A stretch of DNA of 14,045 nucleotides from Selaginella moellendorffii (lineage: Eukaryota > Plantae > Lycopodiophyta), in assembly GCF_000143415.4 (NCBI RefSeq), contig NW_003314547.1:1-14045 (forward strand), written 5' to 3'. Shown piece after piece: positions 6,228-14,045 of this stretch. Every line of letters begins with the position of its first letter. The stretch's first letter is position 1. Both the position numbers and the translations under genes were made by a program. The notes beneath the pieces are model-generated. The model did no database searches. It was not told the DNA's origin and saw only the letters and a list, made by a program, of their open reading frames with translations.

Positions 6228-8585
6228 GGTGACGGTGTTAATCCTATACCAAAGAAGATATTGGAGTTGTTGGCGAGGAATCAGGATATCTTCCCAAAGG
6301 ATTTACCACCAGGGCTACCTTCTAGCCGTGAGGCTGATCATCAAATAAGGTTATTCCGGGTTCTAAACCACCTACAAAAGCTCTATATCGATTAAACATC
6401 AAGGAGATGGCTAAACTCAAGAAGCAACTCATGGAGCTTCTTGACAAAGGTCATATCCGACCAAGCAAGTCACCTTATTCTCAATGGCTCGTATTCCACT
6501 ATATCAGATGTTCGTTCCTTTCTCGGTTTGGCAAGATACTATTGCAAGAATTGCTCTTCCGTTGACTGAGTTGATAAAGAGTAGTATTCTGTTTCATTGG
6601 ACACCAACTTGTCAGCGTGCTTGAAGGAGATCTTGATGACAGTTCCTATTCTCCAGATCCCAAATCTTGATAAACCCTTCAAAGTGCATTGTGATGCATC
6701 TGGCTATGCTATTGGTGCCGTGTTGCAACAAGATTATGACAAAGCGGTTGGTGTTATGCTAAGGCGACATGGTTGTCCTATTGCGTTCTATTCCAAGAAA
6801 TTGGATAAAACTCAACGAAGATGGCCAACGCACAAGAAAGAGATGTTTGCTATAGTGTCGGCCTTAGAACACTGGAGACACTGTTTGGGTGGACATACCA
6901 AGGTTTATACAAATAATAACACACTAAGCTACTTTGCTACGCAGCCAAAACTTATGCCGAAGTAGATTCGTTGGCAAGAGAAGCTTGCTAGATATGATAT
7001 TGAAATCATATATAAACCTGGTAAAGACAATATTGTTCTGGATGCATTGAGTCGTCAGGCTCAATTCCGGGAAATATCAGCAATCAGTTCAGATTGGTTG
7101 GAGGATGTTCAGGTTTTGTATGGAAGTGATCCATTAGCGAAGGCAATCTTGCACCGTGCGGAGTTGGTGAAGTAGAAACCTGGTAGTGAAGTGGCAAAAG
7201 TTGCTAGTTGCACCAATGCAAAGCTTCACTTCTTAGTTCAGGATGAGCTTATATTCTGTAAGCAAGAAAGATTGTATCTTCTCTCTAAGGATTTGCAGCA
7301 GTTGTTTCTGTGGGAACATCATGATGTTCCGACAATAGGACATGGTGGAAAACGGAAGACTTTGGCTTCATTGAAAAAGGGATTTTTCTAGTCTGGTATG
7401 GAAGGTGATGTAGCGGACTATGTCCGTTCTTGCCCTATATGCCAGAAATGTAAGCACAAAACTAAGAAGCAGGCTGGAAAGTTGCAGTGCATTCTAGCAC
7501 CGACATAGCCATTTCAAAGTGTGACACTTGATTTTGTCACTTGTTTGCCGAAATCTGAGGGTTATGATACTTTGATGGTGGTTATGGATCGGTTGTCAAA
7601 GATTGCACACTTCATTCCAACTGTGGGAATAGTGAATGTGAAACAAGCAGCAAAGCTCTTTTTCCATGAAGTAGTTCGGGTTTGTGGTCTTCCCGAAGAG
7701 ATGATCTCAAATAGAGATTCGAGATTTACAGGGAAGTTTTGGGGCACACTATTCCAGTTGTTCGGTACCAAGTTGAAGTTTAGTACAGCTTATCATCCTC
7801 AAACCAATGGGCAGACCGAATGCATGAATGCTCAAGTAGAGGATTATCTGCAGTACTATGTCATGGCAGACAAACACCATTGGGTTGAGCATTTAGACAT
7901 AGCAAAAATTTGTTATAACAACACATTTCACAGCACTATTGGCTGTTCTTCATAGGAGATATTGCAAGGGAATGCTTGTGGGGTGCCTCAACAGATAGTT
8001 GTACCAAAACCATTGTCCAAAGTGTTGGTCCTGGCTGTTGAGACTTATGCAGAGTAGCTACACCAAGATTGGTCTAGAGCTACTGAGGCAATGGGCAAAG
8101 CTTAGAATAGGTATTGACGTGATAAGGATCTGCATCGTCAAGATGTATCCTATTAAGTGGGAGATCAGGAGTGGCTATCTTCCCGGAACTTGAACATTAA
8201 GGGATCTTTGTCTCGGAAGCTGTTACCGAGATATGTTAGACCCTATCAGGTGTTAAAACACATTGGTGATGTATCCTATAAGTTAGATTTTCCGAATGAG
8301 TTATCCTAGCTACATAATATGTTTCATGTCAATTTACTGGCACCATATCATGCTGCTGTGGAACGCTCTACGGACATGCGTCTTCCACCAGTGATCATGG
8401 ATGGTGAACCTGAGTATGAAGCTGAGTCTATCTTAGATTCTCGGTTTCGGAGATGGGCTCGTGCGAAGGAATACCTAGTTAAGTGGAAAGGTTACCCGAC
8501 TTGTGAATCAACTTGGGAACCTCTTAGGAATCTTACATATGCTCATGAGCTTGTCACGGAGTATGAGAATCGTAATAAAGATTAG
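6228..8585 (+). pseudogene. Chromovirus pol remnant: partial RT, RNase H, integrase, chromodomain
   Basis: DIFPKDLPPGLP..DHQI, LLDKGHIRPSKSPYS, VRSFLGLARYY, RNase H (HCDASGYAIGAVLQQ, PIAFYSKKL, EMFAIVSALEHWRH), integrase (HDVPTIGHGG..CPICQKC, TLDFVTCLP, MISNRDSRF, STAYHPQTNGQTE) and chromodomain EYEAESILDSR..EYLVKWKGYPTCESTWEP from 8412. Confidence 0.93.
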
Positions 8586-8796
8586 CTTTTGTCAATCTTG
8601 TAATAAATCTTACAAATTAATAAAGTAATATATTTTTATACATCAAAGTGTCGTCTCTTTTGTTCATTAGTACTTGGGTCAGTTTTGGCAGGTTGACTTT
8701 GGCACTTCAATGCATGGGTCCAATCCATAACCATGGGGATCACTATTATAGACTGATCACAAGTCCCTGCCTCTCTCTCGATGAGTCATTCTTGAC

Positions 8797-9143
8797 AAAG
8801 GGGCGTGGTTGTGTAAACAACTTTATCTACCAATTTATAATAGTTGTCTAAATCTTCCCAACGGGGTTGATTTTTTGCTCAGGGGAAGTGGGGCCTTTGG
8901 CCTCCTCCCTATGTTCCTATGGGGAGGGGATGTATCATTCCTTTGTAAGCCGAGTGGTACTTGGAGCAGCAAGGGTGGTTAACTTCATTAGCCATTTCCT
9001 TGTCGGCGATGGCCAGAAGGTGTCTGTGTATTAACGTCTTTAAACGTAAAGGAGAGGTCATTCCATAACTCATTTAAGTCGGTGTGTTTCCCACATAGTG
9101 TGCTTTCCGTTAACTTTCAGAGTTGTTTCCTTGACGGTTTGCT
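8797..9143 (+). repeat. Polypurine-tract-like motif and probable start of the chromovirus 3' LTR (runs into the gap)
   Basis: aaaggggcgtgg is followed within a few nt by TGT (8810/8812), about 230 bp after the chromodomain stop. There is no second LTR copy in the window to confirm it. Confidence 0.6.
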
Positions 9144-9404
9144 NNNNNNNNNNNNNNNNNNNNNNNNNNNNNNNNNNNNNNNNNNNNNNNNNNNNNNNNN
9201 NNNNNNNNNNNNNNNNNNNNNNNNNNNNNNNNNNNNNNNNNNNNNNNNNNNNNNNNNNNNNNNNNNNNNNNNNNNNNNNNNNNNNNNNNNNNNNNNNNNN
9301 NNNNNNNNNNNNNNNNNNNNNNNNNNNNNNNNNNNNNNNNNNNNNNNNNNNNNNNNNNNNNNNNNNNNNNNNNNNNNNNNNNNNNNNNNNNNNNNNNNNN
9401 NNNN
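9144..9404. other. Assembly gap (261 N)
   Basis: Run of N. Confidence 0.99.
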
Positions 9405-9933
9405 CGGCCTGGTTTGAGAAACTCGTATCATTGGCTTGCACTTGCTGGTATCAAGAACCCTCATATATTGAGACTAGTCCCTCAATATTGCTAGATGATA
9501 ACTTACTGTGTCTGCCAAACACCCTCGTTATCATGCCCTTTGTGTTAGTCTTATTTTGGTCTCGAATGCTATTTATGGAAAGTGTCTAAATTCGCTCATT
9601 TGGCATATCTACGGAGTGTAGAGATCGGCCTGAACACAATGGTGTTCATCCCATGTCCAAATTCACAATTTGAGGACATTCCATATTTAGTAAGTTTTGA
9701 GCTTGTCCCAAAGACTAACTCCTGGTACTAAGGGAAGTTTGGGGGGTTCCAAATGTATAGTAGGGATAATAGTTGAATTGCATGTCCGACCACCTGAGAC
9801 ATTAGTTTGGCTCCTGTTGGGCTGTGTCACTCCTTCTTTCTTCTACATCTGGCTTGGGTCTAAGCCCAAGCTCCATGCTGGTCTAGTTGGTGGGGTACCC
9901 TCCTCCTCGCGTTAGGCCACCAGTATGCCAAAA
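9405..9933. mobile_element. Partial second copy of the 5097-6222 insertion family, same orientation
   Basis: Collinear with ~5327-5883, from cggcct(a/g)gtttgagaaactc to ttaggccacc..tatgccaaaat, with many transitions and a ~50-bp indel. Confidence 0.92.
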
Positions 9934-11412
9934 TTGTGACCGTCTGGCTGGTCTAACAATTGTGCACATACTTATCAACACCTGACTTCATTCCAGGCCA
10001 AAATAAATGCTTCTCTACCAAAACACATGTCCTCGATGTCCTGCACTTGGTGCAACGAACACTCTTACAGAATCCACTGTAAAAGAACATCATCTCTAGG
10101 AACCATATCCTGATTCCTCTTGACTAGGAAACCATCTCGTACATCGAAGGAAGCACAATTACATTGGAAGAGGTGCCCCCTTCAAAACAACTGCATGTTC
10201 CTTCACTACAAAGGACTCGAAGTTAGTGAGCTCCTTAATGTCATCCAACAAACCTCTAAAGAGCTTCCCAAACAAGATAGAGTTCACCATCCTAGACAAT
10301 GGAGAAACAACCACCTTTACTGTCCACTCCTTTCAGAAACAGGAAAATTGTCTTAAAGAAAAGTTGTAGATCTTGGAAACCTAGCAACTTTGCTTTAAAC
10401 ATCAATCTTCCAAATTCACAAGTAATCTGCAGTCAAAATTACCCTTTGACTTTTACTCGATAATCCCTAGGGAAATTGGTTTTCGTCACCTTAAACCCCA
10501 GGGCTAAACTCCTCTGGTGGTTTGGAATCTGCACATCCATTTCCTGCAAAATCTCCAGTCAATGAGCTACCCGGCCTCAAAGCTCCATCTGGCAAGTGAA
10601 AAGAGTGACAAGCCTATCCCGAGTTGGCAGTTCAGCTAAATTGTGTCAAACTTGTGGCTTATGTAGGCAATAGGACAGCAGTCTTGCATCAAGACAGCTC
10701 CTAGACCCTCATCACTAGCCTTGTTACTGAAAATATGCATAGCACCAGAGTCAAAGAGAACATTGAGCACTTGGCTATGCACAACTCATTGCACAAACAA
10801 CCGTACAGCTCAGATGAGTTGATACAATTCTTCTTCACTCCTTCAGAAATAGTGACAGGAACATGAGTAGATACATTCTCTCCTTGGTCCACACTGACAC
10901 CCATGGCCTCACTAGGATCAGAAAGAGAAAAGGACTCATGAGCCATACCCTCTGAACGCATAGACTCCATAGTGTGAGCCTTAGCCTTCTACCACAAGTG
11001 GCTTATCACAAGCAAATATTTGTAGAATATACATGATTGCTTTAACTGCTCAAATGCTTCTTGACACTTTCACCCCACACCAACTTAACATGCTTGGTGG
11101 TGTTTCAAAGAATATCCATCAAAGGAGCAGCAATCAAGGAGAAGTCCTTCACAAACCGGCAAAAGACTCCCACCATACCAAGGAAACCCATGCACAATAG
11201 GGGGAACAAGCTAGTCAACGACTATCTGAGTCTTTTGAGGATCTTCCCGCACACCATCTCGTGGCACCACATGTCCGAGATAGGTGATCTCCTCCAAGAA
11301 GAACTCACACTTTGACAGTTTAGAATACAGCTTGTTCTCCCTCAATAGTGGCAACATTTGCCTCACATGCATCTCATGTTCCTCCTTAGTCATAGGACAT
11401 CATCAAAGTAGT
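9934..11412 (-). mobile_element. Highly degenerate Ty3/gypsy pol fragment (RT C-terminal half and integrase zinc finger)
   Basis: The minus strand gives YFDDVL (~11392-11409), EEHEMHVRQML..LYSKLSKCEFFLEEITYLGHVV and FLGMVGVFCRFVKDFSLIAAPL. Near 9940-10140 it gives DGFLVK..VPRDD..IL*EC..APSAGHRG..FWPGMKSGVDKYVHNC*TSQ. Confidence 0.82.
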
Positions 11413-11569
11413 GCCTCGCACATGAGATTGCATAACTCTATCAAAAGAACTGTTTGATAATAGTTAGCCTCGGCCATCATATGAAGCAACATCTTTGCTG
11501 AGTTAGAAAAGACTTCTTGAGCATTCCAAAGCTTCAAAACGAGATAGTCAAAGGATCTCAGCTAGCAAT

Positions 11570-14045
11570 AAGTTGTTCTAGTATGGTTGGTCTTCTTTTG
11601 ATTGATTCTTCTTAGTTGATTTTGTATTGTATTGCCATTCGTAATGATGAAACGATGTACTTAAGTGGTGTCAAAGCTTCAAGGCTATAGGTGAGCTTGA
11701 ATGGTGTCGAATTTGTTGAAACCTTATATGTGGTTCAATATGCCTACAAAGCATCATAAATGTGATCGTCCTAGTCTTTCTGATTTATTTTCACAATTTT
11801 CATGAGGATATTTTTGAGTGTCTTGTTTGTAGACTCTGCTTGACCATTGCCTTGAGGGCAGTATAGTGTTGAACCCCTGTGTTTGGATAGTGAATTCTTG
11901 AGTCAAGATTTTGATGGTTTCATTGATGAAGTGTGTTCCTTGATCAATGATGAGTTCTCAAAGTAAACCATATCTTGTGATGATGTTTTTGTAGATGAAC
12001 TGTGTTATGTTCTTTGTGTTGAACTTCAGCCCATTTTATCATATAGTCTATTGCAATTAGAATGTGCTAGTTTTGCTTGGAGCTTGTCATAAGTGGACCA
12101 ACAAAGTCGAGTCCCCATCATTGAAAAGGTTCGAGTGGAGTTTTTGGATGAAGTTCTTGAGTTTAATTTTTTGGTGTATACTTGGTTCATTGGTAAATAT
12201 CACATTTTTGACAAAACTTGGCCAAAGTGTTGGCCACCAAAGTCTTGCTTGTAAAATTTTTTGAGTTGTGATTTCTCTAGCAAAGCGTCTTCCTATTTGT
12301 CCATAGTAGGCTTTTTCAAGTAGATCTTGTGTTTCTTCTAGGTTTGCACATCTTCGTAAAATGTTGTCTCTTCCTTGTTTGTACAGTTTTCTTCCCACGA
12401 CTGAATATGGTCTTGTCCTCAAGACAAATTGCTTACGTTTGTTAGAGGTTGAATGTTAACTTGGTATTGTTGCTGTTATAAGGTAATAATAGATGTTGTC
12501 CATCTAGGTTGGTGATGTGTGGATTTGAAGGATATTGGAGTCAGGAAAGTCATCCATGTTGTGTTTCGATTGTTCATCAATTGTAATGTGGCTTAGGTGT
12601 TCATGTTCTCTTCCAAGCTTGTAGATGATCTTGAAATTGTATTCTTGAAGTAGTAAGAACCATTGTGCAATTTTGTCAGTGAGGATTGTTTTGTTGAGAA
12701 GGTGAAGGAAGTTATAGAGTAGATAGTATCGAAACTTCTGGAGTGCGTAGATCATTGCTAGAGCTTCTTTTTCAGTTGTAATGTAATTCATTTTGGTTGA
12801 GTTGAGTCTTCAATTTGCATAGTAGATTGGTTGGTCTTTATGATCTTCTTGTTGTTGCAAAAGGATCGCTTTGAGGGCATAGTTGGAGTCATCGACTTGG
12901 ATGTTGAAGTCTTTGTTCTAGTTTTGTTGAGCTTGGGTGAGGGAATTCTTGAGGTTGATAAAGGCATTTTGACAATCTTGAGTCTAGTTGTAAACTTGAT
13001 TCTCCTTGAGGAGTTCAGTGATGGGTTTTGCAATTTTGGCGTAGTCTTTCATGAATCTTCGATGGTATCCCATCTTGCTGAGGAATGATTGAAGGCTTGA
13101 AATCTCGAATGGATGTTGTATGTTGATGACTGTGAGGGTCTTGTCTTTGTGGATGAGGATTCCTTCTTTAGAAACTACATGTCCAAGTAGAATTCCTAAT
13201 TTGACGAAGAAAATGCACTTGTCAAGGTTCAATGTAATATTGTGTAATATTGTCAAGGTTCATGGCATTTGATAAAGCATTTCTCTAAGCGTTAGAGATG
13301 ATCTTATTTTTTGCTAAAGACATTGAAGTCATCCATAAATACTCACATAAATTCAGTGAGGTATTCTCAAAAAGTGTCAGTGATAATCCATTGAAACATG
13401 AATGGTGCATTGGAGAGACTAAAAGGTATATGAAGGTAGGCATATGCTCCCCATGGATTGATGAAAGCCATCTTGTGTTGATCTTCAAACGCAATATGTA
13501 CTTGATTGTGTCTACTAAAGCCATTGAGAAAGGAGTACATCTCATATTCTACAACTGCATCAAGAATTTCATTAGAGAATAGAATTGAAAAGGTGTCCTT
13601 TTGAGTTGTATCGTTGAGCTTCTTATAGTTGATATAAATCCTAAGTTTATTGTTCTTCTTGGGGACAATGACTAGTGGTGATAGCCATTTTAGATTTTGA
13701 ATTGGGAAGATGAATTTAACATTTTTGAGTTTATCAAGCTCTTCCTTGACTTTGGTTTGTATGTTGGGATTCATTCGGTAGGCTGATTGCTTTGTTGGTA
13801 CTTCTTGTGATAGAAGCTCAATCTGTGTAGAGTTCAGGTGGAATTCCTCGTAAGTCAGTCTAAGACCAGGTGAAAACATCTTGATAAGTGTCAAGTAGTT
13901 GGGTTGCATTTGCTTTAAAATCTTCATCAAGCTCTTGGGCAATATGAAGTTTTTTTGGTTCTTCAAGTATTCCAAGGTTAATTTCTTGAGCTGGTTCTTC
14001 AAGGTTGAGTATAGGTGTAAGTCATGATCCTTCTTGTGTAGACTG
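11570..14045 (-). mobile_element. Degenerate non-chromovirus Ty3/gypsy pol (RT, RNase H, integrase), continuing beyond the right edge
   Basis: RT: KWLSPLVIVPKKNNKLRI, EMYSFLNGFSRHNQ, PFSLSNAPFMFQ, VFMDDF (~13325-13342), KCIFFVKLGILLGHVVS. RNase H: NYITTEKEALAMIYALQKFRYYL. Integrase: WGLDFVGPL, DQGTHFIN, PQGNGQAESTNKTL. The FMDD motif and overall style resemble Athila-related non-chromoviruses; clade not determined. Left boundary approximate. Confidence 0.9.

Larger units (their letters stand above)
4350..9143 (+). mobile_element. Degenerate, 5'-truncated Ty3/gypsy chromovirus LTR retrotransposon
   Basis: Domain order is zinc knuckle, protease, RT remnants, RNase H, integrase, chromodomain, PPT and LTR start, with many stops and frameshifts. 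No matching 5' LTR or capsid region was seen. Confidence 0.93.

Noticed and set aside
9070-9589. ORFs spanning the second gap
   Set aside because: Artefacts of translating through N.
5327-9933. The two homologous repeats as the 5' and 3' LTRs of the chromovirus pol between them
   Set aside because: Copy 1 has its own GAATC TSD and interrupts the host frame. The chromovirus PPT is followed by a different sequence at ~8810.
13219-13262. Small local duplication (ttgtcaaggttca twice) in the RT remnant
   Set aside because: Ordinary repair or slippage scar in a dead element.

Overview
Eukaryotic, most likely land-plant nuclear DNA (PPR motif style suggests a non-seed plant such as a lycophyte; this is inference), with two assembly gaps (1559-1658, 9144-9404). 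The left ~2.1 kb holds a long minus-strand ORF missing from the ORF track because it runs off the window edge without a stop. It encodes a PLS-class pentatricopeptide-repeat (PPR) protein made of near-identical 333-bp (111-aa) P-L-S triplets. Several differences between triplets sit at the RNA-base-specifying code positions and come in mosaic patches, which suggests a TALE-like RNA-binding array reprogrammed by recombination. The rest is decayed, nested Ty3/gypsy material: a plus-strand chromovirus (zinc knuckle, protease, RT lacking its core, RNase H, integrase, chromodomain, PPT, start of 3' LTR) interrupted by a 1126-bp TG..CA insertion with a GAATC target-site duplication; a second partial copy of that insertion family; and two separate minus-strand pol remnants.
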